NCBI RefSeq assembly: GCF_001194135.2
Contig: NC_068983.1
Location: 3,789,999 to 3,853,998, forward strand
DNA from: Octopus bimaculoides
Lineage: Eukaryota
DNA: 64,000 nucleotides
Direction of reading: 5' to 3'
The position numbers were made by a program, and so were the translations under genes. Under the pieces are notes generated by a model. That model had not been told where the DNA came from, searched no databases, and was given only the letters and a program-made list of their open reading frames with translations. Positions 48,025-60,315 of this stretch are shown piece after piece. Within the stretch, counting starts at the first letter, position 1. The number at the start of each line of letters is the position of its first letter.

Positions 48025-49100
48025 TATTCAAAATATGATCCTCGAACAGTTGGGCATTTCTCCTATCGATTAATGAGGTCATTTATGCCTCTTTGATAAA
48101 AATCCGAAGGTTTCGATGCCAAGAAATTCTTGAATTCAGTTTCGACCTCAGTTTTGGAACAGAAGGTTTTTTTAGCCTTAAAAAGGTGTCTAAATGCTTG
48201 AAAAAGTGGTAGTCAGTGGGTGAAAGATCAGGATGATATGGTAAAGTCGTATCCCAAGTCTGTGGAGCGATGTAGTGGAGCAGAATTGGACCAAATCGAT
48301 TAACAAGTGCAGGTCTCATTTTTCTCAACTGAACCTGCATTACTTTCAGTTGCTTACATTGAACGTCTAATGTAATGCTCTGGTTTGGTTCCAGAAAACT
48401 GTAATGGATGACACCAAAAGCAGACCACCAGACAGTCACCATGAACTTTTGCTGATGCAACTTCAGTTTTGGGAAATGTTTGGATGCTTCATCACGATCA
48501 CGCCATTGACCACTTTTGATAATGGATTCTGCAGGTGAGCTGGCAGAACCGTTTACCTGCCAGGTGAAATGCTGAGTGGTATTTCGTCTGCCATGTTCTG
48601 AGTTCAGATGCCGCCAGGGTCGACTTTGCCTTTCATCCTTTTGGGGTCGATAAACTAAGTACCAGTTACGCATTGGGGTCAGTGTAATCCCTTCCCCCAA
48701 ATTTGAGGCCTTGTGCTTCCAGTAGAAATGATAACGGATCCACTTAATGTTGTCACAAAACACTGAAGTCTTCGATTTTCATTGAGGTCATACGGGACCC
48801 ATTTATCGAGTTTTTTCACTTTGCCAATTTTCTTGAGGTAATCTGATACTGTTGAAATATAGGAGACATTTCTCTGACACTTTGTCATTCATTTTGATCG
48901 ACTGTTATTTGCAAATGCTGATCGTTAAGAGTGGATGGACCTTCTACCTTCAAGGCTCTCATCCTCACTACAAAGTCTCTCAAACCCCTGTCATACCGTC
49001 CGATCACTAGTGGACCCTTTGCCCCTGCTCTGCTGATATTGGCAGCTGTTTGGGAAGCATTATGTCCAAGCTTTTTTCATATTTGAAATTAAGGATTTCT
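48025..49100 (-). mobile_element. Degenerate mariner transposase (Hsmar1/cecropia-like), interrupted by a SINE
   Basis: KIGKVKKLDKWVP, KHFPKLKLHQQKFMVTVWWS, DLSPTDYHFFKHLD and EKC..RGSYFE* motifs. Confidence 0.9.
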
Positions 49101-49221
49101 ATGCTTCAAAATTATATTCTAAAAGAAATCAATAAAAATTTATTTAAGTGTACACATCATTTACTGAACATGTAAAATTTCGTCTAAAACACTACAAAAA
49201 TAACATCTTAAATCAAGTTCT

Positions 49222-49388
49222 ATATTTAAGAGATGAGGAATTATATACATTATTTACATTTGACAGATATTTGTCCGCATCTTGTTTGTTGTTAACACAA
49301 CGTTTCAGCTGATATAACCTCCAGCCTTCATCAGGTGTCTTGGGGAAATTTTGAACCTGGGTTCTCATTTCCAAGGTATTTTTCAATG

Positions 49389-49437
<49 letters not shown>

Positions 49438-49672
49438 TGTCACTGCCTGGAATTGAACTTGGGGTTAGTAGCCCATGCTCTTAACCGCAAGATTCCGAGT
49501 TTGATTCTAAGCAATGACCTGAATAATAATAATAATATCGAATAATACCTTAGGAATGAGAACCCAGGTTCGAAATTTCTCCAAGACACCTGATGAAGGC
49601 TGGAGGATATATCAGCCGAAATGTGTTAACAACAAACAAGATGAGGACAAATATCCGTCAAATGTAAATAAT
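49222..49672. mobile_element. Head-to-head dimer of hammerhead-tail elements with partly deleted tRNA heads, in NDUFB9 intron 2
   Basis: Inverted tails flank (ATT)n tracts and two opposed partial tRNA-like heads. Confidence 0.85.
49294..49339 (-). ncRNA. Minimal type I hammerhead ribozyme (PLE-type), best-preserved copy
   Basis: GACAC-CUGAUGA-A-GGCUG[gagguuauau]CAGCU-GAAAC-GUU-GUGUU: intact core, 5-bp stem I, 5-bp stem II, palindromic ACGU stem III. Confidence 0.75.
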
Positions 49673-50353
49673 CTTAAATCGAATTTGGAAAAATGTCTTT
49701 GGAAAATCAGACAGTATTTTCCAAACAACCTAATCTATATTTCTGTGTGTGTGTGAGATATATATTGCCTCAAAGAGGCAATGACCAAGACCTTTGGCAT
49801 TATTTCGTGCTTGAGAAGAAGACCCATCAAACTGAGCAAAATCGTGGTCATGGCAGATACTGGTGTCGCACAAGTTGGCACCCGTGCTGGTGGCACGTAA
49901 AAACACCCATTACACTCTCAGAGTGGTTGACATTAGGAAGGGCATCCAGCCATAGAAAACCATGCCAACCCAGTCAAGCTGTCCAACCCATGCCAACATG
50001 GACAACGGACGTTAAATGATGATGATGATGATGTTTGTGTGCACCCGTTGCTTGACTTTGTGGTGAGTTGTAAACGAGTGTCACTGTGCTACAAGCGAAT
50101 AGTGTTTGTGTCCAGTCCCCTTTGTGGAAAACATATTTGGCCATGTTTGGTAAATATTACAATGCGTGGAAAGAAGGGTTGGTGACAGGGAGGGCATCTG
50201 GCCGTAGGAAAATTTACCTGAACAATATTCTGTCTAACCTGTAATTAAACATGGAAAAAGGGACATTAATAACATTTGAAAGGGAAACAATGATTGTGTG
50301 TGTGCTGAAAATATTCCAAGTCATGCCTAAATATTGTCTTCAATACTTTACAG

Positions 50354-50409
50354 ATGCCCATTCTCCAGGTGGAATTTGTTATGGCCGAGAAGTCAAGCTA
50401 CCTGACTGG
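50354..50409 (+). CDS. NDUFB9: NDUFB9 exon 3 (YAHSPGGICYGREVKLPDW)
   Basis: ctttacag acceptor and GTAAGA donor; SPGG..Y.R and P.W motifs; phase fits. Confidence 0.95.
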
Positions 50410-51528
50410 GTAAGAATATCATTATTCTGTTATCAGGATTACTTGAAATTGTCTTTCATTTGGTTTATTTACTCTCGTATTAAGACTCGCAGAAAGAATG
50501 ACTGGTGGTTCGTTGTGCTTGAAAAGACTCAACAAGCTAAATAATAGCATGGCTGCCTCTGCCTACAGGACTGTCCCCTGCAGCCTTCTCCAGCTGAACA
50601 TTCCTAAACTTGTGGGCTCATGGGTGCTAGTGAAGCACTCGTACCAGTGCTGCTTGATAGCACCCAGTACACTCTGTAAAGTGGTTGGTATTCGGAAGGG
50701 CATCCAGCCATAGAAACCATGTCAAATCAGGCATGGAACCTGAGCAGCTCTTCATATTCTCCATTGTCCATGCTGGCATGAGTTGGACGGTTTGACCAGG
50801 GCTGGTAAGCTGGAAGGCTGCACCAGGATCCAGTCTGATTTGGCATGGTTTTCTATAGCTGGATGCCCTGCCTAACCAAGAGTGTAATGAGTGCTTTTAC
50901 ATGGCACAGGTGCCATTTGTGTGACCCCAATATCTGCCATGACTGCAATTTTACTTGACTTGATGGGTCTTCTTCTCAAGGACAACATAATGCCAAAGGT
51001 CTCGGTCATTGCCTCCATGAGGCCCAACACTTGAAAAGAGCTTTTCATCTGTCAACGATATCGACCACTTTGCCTCTGTGAGGCCCAACGCTGGAAAGGT
51101 GCATTTCACATGCCACTGGCACAGGTACCAGTTACATGGCACCAGCATCAGCCATGACAACAATTTATCTTGGCTTCACAGGTCTTATGTATGTATACAC
51201 ACACACACACACATACACACTTGCATATACACACATATATATTTATTATTCTTAAGCAAGAATGTTGTTGACAGTAACTTTGAAGTTTCGGCTGATAGCT
51301 TAGCTAGCTAAAACTTCGAAGTCACTGTTAACTAAGAATAAATTTATACTCTACAAAAGTAGAGTAACTCATTGGATTAATGTGAAATTGTTTTTATTGT
51401 AAATGAACATAAAAAGAAACGTTAATATATATAGGTAGATAGATATATACATACATACATATATATATATATATGACAAAATATATAAAATGATATCGAA
51501 TCTGATTTTGTGTCTCTCTGTCTTTCTC

Positions 51529-51562
<34 letters not shown>

Positions 51563-51643
51563 AGTAGGGGGTTTCTCAATCAAGGTCCATATAACTCTTA
51601 GGGCTCCGTATAAGATTTTGTTGTTTAAATTTACGTCCATATA

Positions 51644-51807
51644 GGCGCAGGAGTGGCTGTGTGGTAAGTAGCTTGCCTACTAACCACATGATTCTGGGTT
51701 CAGTCCCCACTGTGTGGCACCTTGGACAAGTGTCTTCTACTATAGCCTTGGGCCGACCAAAACCTTGTGAGTGGATCTGGTAGACGGAAACTGAAAGAAG
51801 CCTGTCG

Positions 51808-51848
<41 letters not shown>

Positions 51849-52078
51849 TTTGTGTGTTTGTGTGTATATGTTCGTGTGTCTGTGTTTGTCCCCCCCACCA
51901 CCAGCATCGCTTGACAACCGATGCTGGTGTGTTTACGTCCCCGTAACTTAGCGGTTCGGCAAAAGAGCTTGAAGGATAAGTACTAGGCTTACAAAGAATA
52001 AATCCTGGGGTCGTTTTGCTCGACTAAAGGCGGTGCTCCAGCATGGCCGCAGTCAAATGACTGAAACAAATAAAAGAA
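51644..52078 (+). mobile_element. tRNA-derived SINE family B, full copy with internal (TA)n(TG)n (others at 3355-3700, 9744-10310, 12170-12440, 22120-22865, 33078-33432, 34330-34490, 36903-37052, 52615-52770)
   Basis: A box TGGCTGTGTGG, B box GGTTCAGTCCC, conserved body and tail ggcggtgctccagcatggccgcagtc. Confidence 0.85.
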
Positions 52079-52368
52079 TCTAGTTTAAGTAGAATAATCT
52101 TTGATTTAGCAATAGTCATAAGTCTAAGGGAGGTAAGTCATTATTGAATTATGTCCCTTAGAAAGTAAACTTATGAGATTAATTCAGTCAGTGTGACAAT
52201 GGGGCTGCGGTGACGAACAGAGACAATCCTGTTCAGACCATCCCTCATTTTGCGAAAGGAACCCATCGGGAGAGTAGCAATTCTCTCGATGGCCTGAGTT
52301 TTCACAAAAAAAGCAACTTTTGATTAAGATGTGGGTTGTAATGGTGGAGGGGTGTGTCCTCAATTGTT

Positions 52369-52399
<31 letters not shown>

Positions 52400-52404
<5 letters not shown>

Positions 52405-52610
52405 CTATAGATGGCGACCAGCACTGATATGAATTCTGCTGTGGTGGATGGGTTCTCGAGTACAGTAAGGGACCAGATGTCGCAGTCCTTTGTAAGGCTC
52501 AGCCTCTTAACATCGGCCTTCGTCCCATGCCTTCCTGGGTCTCCCTTTTCCACGAATTCCATCCATTTTAAGTGATTGGCACTTCTGTGTGCAACTGTCT
52601 TCATCCATAT
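52400..52610 (-). mobile_element. RTE ORF C-terminal fragment
   Basis: MDEDSCTQKCQSLKMDGIRGKGRPRKAWDE. Confidence 0.75.
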
Positions 52611-53185
52611 AGGAATGGTTCTATGGTAAAGAAGCTTGCTTACCAACCACATGATTCTGGGTTCAGTCCCACTGTGTGGCACCTTGGGCAAGTGTCTTCT
52701 TCTATAGCCTCGGGCCTACCAAAGCCTTGTGAGTGGATTTGGTAGACAGAAACTGAAAGAAGCCTGTCATATATAAATATATATCAGGCATATGCTGTCA
52801 GTAATTACTCAGAGTAGGCAGTTGATGACGTTTATGTAGTAAAACACATAAAAGATTAAGCGAAACAGGTGAGTGACTGAGTTGGAGGTAGATTTACTTC
52901 TGCCTTTAGAGTGCATAAAGAAAACGTTTTTGTAGGAATGCACGCAGCACGTGTACTACAGCAGTACTATGCATAGTTTTAATACTGAGATTGAAAGGCA
53001 GGGAGAATTATACCTAATCTACAAAAAAATAAAATATTTTTTATTTTATGCAGAGTAATCAGAGTAAACTCCGTAATTTTATTGAATTAGGTGCATATTT
53101 TGCCATAAAAGGAAAATGTTACTAACGATCTATCTTATTCAGGGTAGGCACTGCCTACCTTGCCTACCCAGGTGGCACGTCCCTG

Positions 53186-53224
<39 letters not shown>

Positions 53225-53712
53225 CATGTGTGTATATACGTCTGTTTTACTGTCTTCCTGTCTTGACTTAATGTCACCATTATGCAAGCAGTGCCCTTCA
53301 TTTCCAGTCTTCTGTGGAAATCTGTCTGGTCCTGGGCAATATTATTTTATTTGGGAATGGGAAGATTAGTGACAGGAAGGGCATCTGGCTGTAGAAAATG
53401 ATGACAGTTCCAGAAACACCTCATCAGTGCCCTGGGCACTGATGAGGTTAGGTGGTGCAAGATTGCATAACGTTTCTACAACAGTATTTTGACATTTTGA
53501 CGAAACACGTGTATGTCATATAAAGCATTGAATACTGTACCTGCTTTCTGCTTATGTATATTCATGCATATATATTTATGTATGTATACACACACACACA
53601 TGCACACACACTCATCTACACACATATATATACCTGTACATATGCATAAACTCATATACATACGTATGTATATACCTTCATAATGAGATTCTAACGATTG
53701 ATTCTTCTGCAG

Positions 53713-53844
53713 ATTTTGGATACTTGGACACCGCAAGAAAAGGCTCAATATCCAGAATATTTTGCCCGGCGTGAAATTAGAAAACAAGAATACATTGAAA
53801 GGTGGGAAAGCAAGTACGGCAAGACAAACAATGATGCTCATTGA
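53713..53844 (+). CDS. NDUFB9: NDUFB9 exon 4 to stop (ILDTWTPQEKAQYPEYFARREIRKQEYIERWESKYGKTNNDAH*); total protein 143 aa
   Basis: ttcttctgcag acceptor; LD.W.P.EKA.YP.YF.RRE motif; TGA at 53842-53844. Confidence 0.96.
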   Translation: MLDTWTPQEKAQYPEYFARREIRKQEYIERWESKYGKTNNDAH

Positions 53845-53903
53845 GAAATGTCGTTAATTATGTTGCTTTAATTATTAATTTAATTAATTAACTTAGGACT
53901 CTC

Positions 53904-53909
53904 AATAAA
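53904..53909 (+). terminator. Probable NDUFB9 polyadenylation signal AATAAA
   Basis: Canonical hexamer 60 nt after the stop codon, followed by a T-rich tract. Confidence 0.6.
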
Positions 53910-54026
53910 TTTTCTTTTTTCTTTTTAATTGTTTATTTTTCCTGTTCTTTCTGCCTCAACCTCCTTACTTTGATAAACCAGAGTTAAATCCTGGGAAGTT
54001 ATACTCTGGATGTTTATTACAAAGTC

Positions 54027-54526
54027 ACATCATCATCATCATGGGTCTGTTTTCCATGCTGGCATGGGTTGGACAGTTTGACTGTAAATTGGTAAGCCAG
54101 GCTCCTGATCTGATTTGGCAAGGTTTCTACGGCTGGATAACCTTCCTAAGGCCAACCACTCAGACCATTCGAGCGTGATTGTTGCCAGCGTCGCCTTACT
54201 GGCACATGTGCTGGTGGCATGTGAGAAACAACATTCGAGTGTGGTCATTGCCAGTGCAGCTGGACTGGCTCCCATGCAGGTAGCATGTAAAACACCTTTT
54301 GAGCATGGTCATTGCCAGTACCACTTGACTGGCCCTCATGCCGGTGGCACGTAAAAGCACTCACTACACTCTCAGAGTGGTTGGTGTTAGGAAGGGCATC
54401 CAGCTGTAGAAACTTTGCCAGATCAGATTGGAGCCTGGTGCAGCCCTCTGGCTTATCAGTCCTCAGTCAAAACGCCCAACCCATGCCAGCATGGAAAGTG
54501 GACGTTAAACAACAATGATGATGAAG
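54027..54526. mobile_element. Fused head-to-head pair of RTE-derived copies, downstream of NDUFB9
   Basis: (CAT)n tail at the left and (ATG)n tail at the right; junction at ~54160 with no spacer. Confidence 0.8.
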
Positions 54527-56229
54527 AACCTTTTTCAGAGCCTGTGGAATTTGTGTTTAAAGCCAGCAAGTATTTCTGCTGTGGTCAGCTGCTGACCCTT
54601 TAAAATAAATATAGAAGTACTACTCACACCATATGTATGGTCTGGTGTGATGCTGTTGCTGCTACTGCTACATTTACACATACCCTGGAGTGAAGGAATG
54701 ATTGACAGATACTCAACCAACAGTGTTTTTTCTTCAGTCAGATCTGCTTACCTACCTACATCATCATCATCATTTAGCATCTGTTGTCCATGCTGGTATG
54801 TGTTGGACAGTTTGACCAGGGCTGGTAAGCTAGAAGGCTGCACCAGACTCCAGTCTGATTTGGCATAGTTTCTATGGCTGGATGCCCTTCCTGACGCCAA
54901 CCACTCTGAGGGTGTAATGGTTGCTTTTACGTGCCATTTGTGTGACACCGGTAGCTGCCATGACTGCAATTTTGCTTGACTTGATGGGTCTTCTTCTGAA
55001 GCATGACAGTACCAAAGGTCTTGGTCATTGCCTTCATGAGACCCAACACTCGAAAGGAGCTTTCCATGTGCCGGTGGCATCAGCCACTTTGCCTCTGTGA
55101 GGCCCAATGCTTGAAAGGTAGATATACATCACCCATCACCCATGCTGGTGCCATTCTGTAAAGTGGTTGGCATTAGGAAAGGTATCCAACCGTGGAAACC
55201 TTGCCAAAACAATCTGTTGGTGCCTGGACAGCTCTTGTCAAATTGTCCAACCGATGCCAGTATGGAGAATCAATGTTAAACGATGATGATGGTGATGCAC
55301 TTGCATTCATCTAGAGCCAAACAAAGAAACCCAACCTCATTATCGGCAAACTCCTGCGTCAATTTACCATCCAACTAATTGGATCGTCTATCAGCTAATT
55401 GAACACCTACCAATCAGGTAAACATGGAAGCCAGTTAAGACTCCATTCTCACTAGAAAAGGGAGCAGACGTCTGGCTGTGAATGGAGGGGGAAGAGTGTA
55501 CCATCCAACGTAAACTGAAGTTAAGTGACTTTAGAGTAAGAGGACTTAGACACACAGACAGAAGGCAATCTGGAAAAGGGGGAACTTGGGAATTGAAACA
55601 ACCAACAGCAGCAAGTTTAGATATATTGAATAGCATGTAGGAGATATGCTGTGATTGAGAAGACCCAGCAACTAAAGTGAGATCACAGCCATTCATGTTT
55701 GGCCCAGTTAAGAGTACCCCCGATGTGTCATGTGATATGATATGCTTGAGAAGACCTGTTGAGTCAAGTAAAACCAATATCGTAGCTGTGGCCAGTACCA
55801 CCTGACTGGATCCCGTGCTGGTGGCATGTAAAAAGCACCATCCGAACGTGGCCAATGCAAGTACCCCCTGACTGGGCCCCATGCCGGTGGTGCTATTGAG
55901 TTAGACATGGCTTGAGCCTACACTGGCTATATATATACACACATAGAAATAACATATTTCTAAATCTCTCAGGGAGATTTATGCAGTAGCAGCACGATAA
56001 AGTGATAGTATGTTGCCAACTTAATGTGACAGTCCCATGAAAGGGAAGAATGCTACTGTTATTTAGCCCTAGGAAACACTATTTCCTGTTGGACTTGACA
56101 CGTTTCCTGTGTCCTTATGTTTTCCACTTTGAAAACAGGANNNNNNNNNNNNNNNNNNNNNNNNNNNNNNNNNNNNNNNNNNNNNNNNNNNNNNNNNNNN
56201 NNNNNNNNNNNNATATATATATATATATA

Positions 56230-56525
56230 TATTCGAGCAATGTCGTTGCCAGTGCCGCTGGACTAGCTTCCGTGCAGGTGGCACGTAAAAAACACTCTTT
56301 TGAGCGTGGCCGTTGCCAGTACCACCTGACTGGCCCTCGTGCTGGTGGCACGTAAAAGCACTCACTACACTCTCGGAGTGGTTGGCGTTAGGAAGGGCAT
56401 CCAGCTGTAGAAACTCTGCCAGATCAGATTAGAGCCTGGTGCAGCCATCTGGTTTCATCAGTCCTCAGTCAAATCGTCCAACCCATGCTAGCATGGAAAG
56501 CGGACGTTAAATGATGATGATGATG
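56230..56525 (+). mobile_element. RTE-derived 3' UTR copy, little diverged (further copies at 1-260, 895-1210, 12480-12692, 27215-27475, 39715-40080, 44100-44350, 49780-50035, 50750-51150, 54760-55110)
   Basis: Shared body aggaagggcatccagctgtagaaac...ccaacccatgc.agcatggaaa..ggacgttaaatgatgat. Confidence 0.85.
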
Positions 56526-57113
56526 ATATGTATGTCTGCCGACTGTCTGGTCATTGACCCCTTTGATAAACCCCCTCACCCTCTAACACCCATATCACTC
56601 CCTCTATCTCTTGTCCCTTATATCACTCACCTTTATCACTGCCCCTGTCACTCATCACTCGCTCACACCTTCCTCCTATCCAACCACACTGCAGATGACT
56701 AAGGATGGCAGTAGTTCTCTCCCCTTTCTCTTTGCACTCTCTTAACCTTTGTCTACTTTGCCACCTTCTATTTCATGTTCATTGCATTCTTTCACCCACG
56801 CCCATCCCTCACCTCTCAATCACTCTCTCTTCCTCTCAGTTCTCACTCTCCTACGTTTTGGTAAGACTGAGGATATCGATGGATGTCGCTGCACTCTGAC
56901 TACAAGCTCCTCCACAACCCCTACTCATGATCAGAGATGCACATATCGTCAGCCACCAAGAGACACGCCCAACTGGTTGAGGTCAAGCAACTGACCAGCA
57001 AATCTGTGGTATTGATCAGAATATTTGCTGTAGCCCAACATTTCCAATCAGTTAAGGACAAAAGACATGAGTTCCACTGCCTGGTCCTGCATCCGGGCAT
57101 TTATCATCATCAA

Positions 57114-57324
57114 GGCGGTGAGCTGACAGAATCGTTAGCACGCCGGACAAAATGCTTAGCGGTATTTCATTTGTCGCTATGTTCTGAGTTCACATTCCGC
57201 CGAGGTCAACTTCACCTTTCATCCTTTCGGAGTCGATAAATTAGGTACCAGTGAAACACTGGGTCGATGAAATCGACTAGTCCCTTCTCCCCAAATTTGA
57301 GGTCTTGTGCCTCTAATAGAAAGG

Positions 57325-57325
<1 letters not shown>
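57114..57325 (+). mobile_element. tRNA-derived SINE family C with (ATT)n tail (others at 57456-57665, 61178-61318, 48535-48728; minus at 540-737, 8040-8245, 44650-44790)
   Basis: A-box-like head (agctg.cagaatcgttag), B box GAGTTCA.ATTCC, body gtc.actt..cctttcatcctttcgg.gtcgataaatta.gtacc. Confidence 0.85.
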
Positions 57326-57372
<47 letters not shown>

Positions 57373-57674
57373 TTCCTTGATCAGCTTCTAACTCTGGAAA
57401 CGTGTCACGGTGTCTCGGCCCAGCTGTTCATTCCCAGTGAATTGAGGTAACAACCTGGTGAGCTGGCAGAATCGTTAGCACGCCGGACAAAATGCTTAGT
57501 GGCATTTCGTCCGTCTTTATGTTCTGACTTCAAATTCCGCCGAGGTCGACTTTGCCTGTCATCCTTTCAGGATCGATAGAATTAAGTACCATTTGAACGC
57601 TGGTGGGGTCGATGTTATCGACGTACCCGCTCTCCTAAAATTGCTGGCCTTGCAAGCAAAATTCGAAACTATTA

Positions 57675-57712
<38 letters not shown>

Positions 57713-58183
57713 GATGTTATTGTTGATGACGACGATGATAATGACGGAGCTGAAATGGTTATTGTTAGGTTTTTTGATGAGATTCACAGATGCGTGCAAG
57801 ACAGTGACAAGAAAATAAACGGTTTGTAAGGAATCTAGGTTAGCGTTTGTGGCAGCGCTGTGGAATTGGGTTAGTATTCTGCAGAGAGAAGAACAATTGC
57901 AGCCACGAACCACCGAAGTGCTAGCTGGGGCGGGGTGAGGAGCAGTGGAGATGAAAACAAATTAGAATACTGGGAGCGATTAGTTAATGTAGCAGTTGTT
58001 GTTTAGCCCCAGGTCAACGCTAATCGAGCAGGCCTATGATCAAAGGTACACCACTTGTCACCGTGCTGTCTCTTTCCTATGTAGATTGAACCCACAATCA
58101 CATTAATCAGTGTGAAGATAAAGAACTAGATTCGAACGAGAACCGTAATCACAATGATCCAACTTATGATAAATATGTGTGAG

Positions 58184-58223
<40 letters not shown>

Positions 58224-58399
58224 AAATATATTCCTAAATTAAAAATTCTTCATTAGATAAAACGTCTTAAAAAATTATCCATATAACATATATGATAGAA
58301 GTAAGCTTTTTGTGGAAGTCCTTTCACTGTCTTTAAGTTTTTCAAACACACGTAGTATAAGATATAATACATATATGTGAGTATATATATACGTGTGTG

Positions 58400-58409
58400 T
58401 GTTTGTCTA

Positions 58410-58490
<81 letters not shown>

Positions 58491-58590
58491 CTGTCTGTCT
58501 GTCTATCTGTCTGTCTCTGTCTGTCTGTCTGTCTGTCTATCTGTCTGTCTNNNNNNNNNNTCTATCTATCTATCTATCTATCCATCTATC
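58400..58590. repeat. (TCTA)n/(TCTG)n microsatellite
   Basis: Directly visible. Confidence 0.95.
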
Positions 58591-58869
58591 AGATCATCCC
58601 ATATGTTCTGTCCGAATTTTGAATAAAGAAAACAAGTGATCAGATGTTATATTTAATTGAAATTTAATCATCAATGTACTTTCCCTGATTATCTATGACT
58701 TCCTTTCATAATCTAGTCCGCTACACAGTTACTCCACCACAAAAATACTACCACAGACACACTTTACACCCATTTCTCCTCACCAAACCAAACACAATAC
58801 AGACTTTCCACAACAATCCACCTACAACAACCATTTTTTAGACCTAAATCAGAGAAACAGAGATGTGAA

Positions 58870-60085
58870 ATGGAAAAAAATGTACAATAACAACCGAAAA
58901 TAATCAACTTATCAAAGAAAATCCTAAGTATTACACAAACTAAAATTCTAGAAAGAGGTTTAAAGTTCACACCAACCCCTCGCAGATCGAACCCGGATGA
59001 AATGAAGGATAACACTATGGATTTCTGCCGAAAATTACGCCTCACAGAAGCACTTCACAACTACACCAGCGAAGTTGACTCAATAGTAAAAAAATAAAAG
59101 CGAATACTGTCCTACAAAAGGCAGAAATAAAGCACTTGATGCTTTTTGTGAACACATTACCAATTTTCCTTTTAATATCCTACAAAAACAACGAATTAAA
59201 TCCAACCTTAGCGCAAATGAATGGAAAGACCTAATCGAGTTAAAAAATGATATAAACCTCACCGTTAAAGAAACCGACAAAGGAAGTGCGGTAGTGGTGA
59301 TGGACACAGAGTACTACAAAAATTTAATACTCTCCATGTTGGAAAATAATATTTACTATGAGAAGATAGTACAATACAACCCACAGAAGACACTTAAAAA
59401 CTTATCCTCTTTACTTCAAATGCATGGAAAGGACCTCACTAAAAATGAAATTGACTATTTATCCAATTTTAAATACAGACCTAGTCTATTCTACGGATTA
59501 CCTAAAATACACAAAAATCTACATATTTGTAAAGCTTGCAAAGTTTCTCCAAGCCTATGCATTAATGCTCCTCCCCCTACTGACCTCAAATTGAGACCCA
59601 TCATTGCTGGCCCTGTTTGTGAAACCCACCGTTTGAGCAACTTCCTCGACATCTTACTCAAACCGTTTCTAAAACAGGTGAAAAGCTTCAACAGGGATGA
59701 CTTAGACATGCTTAACCACCTCCCGAAGACAATAAATGAAGGAACCCTGTTAGTATCATTCGATGTGGTGAATTTGTACACCAATATCCCACACGATTAT
59801 GCTATAGAAGCAATCACCTTCTGCCTCGAAAAATACCCAGAAGAGATCCCAGGACGCATCAACCACAGATTCATAATCGCAGCACTCAAATTCATCCTAC
59901 TGAACAACAATTTCATGTTCGATACAGTCTACTATCGACAAAAATGTGGAATTGCAATGGGAACCCAAGCTGCCCAAGTGATTGCAAACCTTGTAATAGG
60001 TTACCTAGAACTTAAAATATACCAATCATCACTACAAACATATGGCACCTCATTTCATTGCTATTTAAAGGAGAACTGGAAGAAC
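58870..60085 (+). mobile_element. Penelope-like element reverse transcriptase ORF remnant (one frameshift near 59090; truncated before the catalytic DD)
   Basis: INLSKK..KILERGLKFTPTP, DKGSAVVVMD, FYGLPKIHK, LRPII, SFDVVNLYTNIP and GIAMGT motifs. Confidence 0.9.
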
Positions 60086-60275
60086 AAATCCGCCACCCAC
60101 AACACAGACAGATACAGGTCAGTGAACACATAGAGAGATTAATTATATTTTAGTTAATTTCTATGGGGAAAATTGATTTGTAAAACGAGTAAACCGTNNN
60201 NNNNNNNCAAAAGTATGGAATAACCTTTCAGATTAAAATTGTTTTTCTTATAACTGAATATAAAAACAAACATTG

Positions 60276-60315
<40 letters not shown>

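Noticed and set aside
53418-53480. CTGATGAG plus a nearby GAAAC as a third hammerhead or a C/D snoRNA
   Set aside because: Stems II and III cannot be formed in any permutation, and box C lacks the leading purine.
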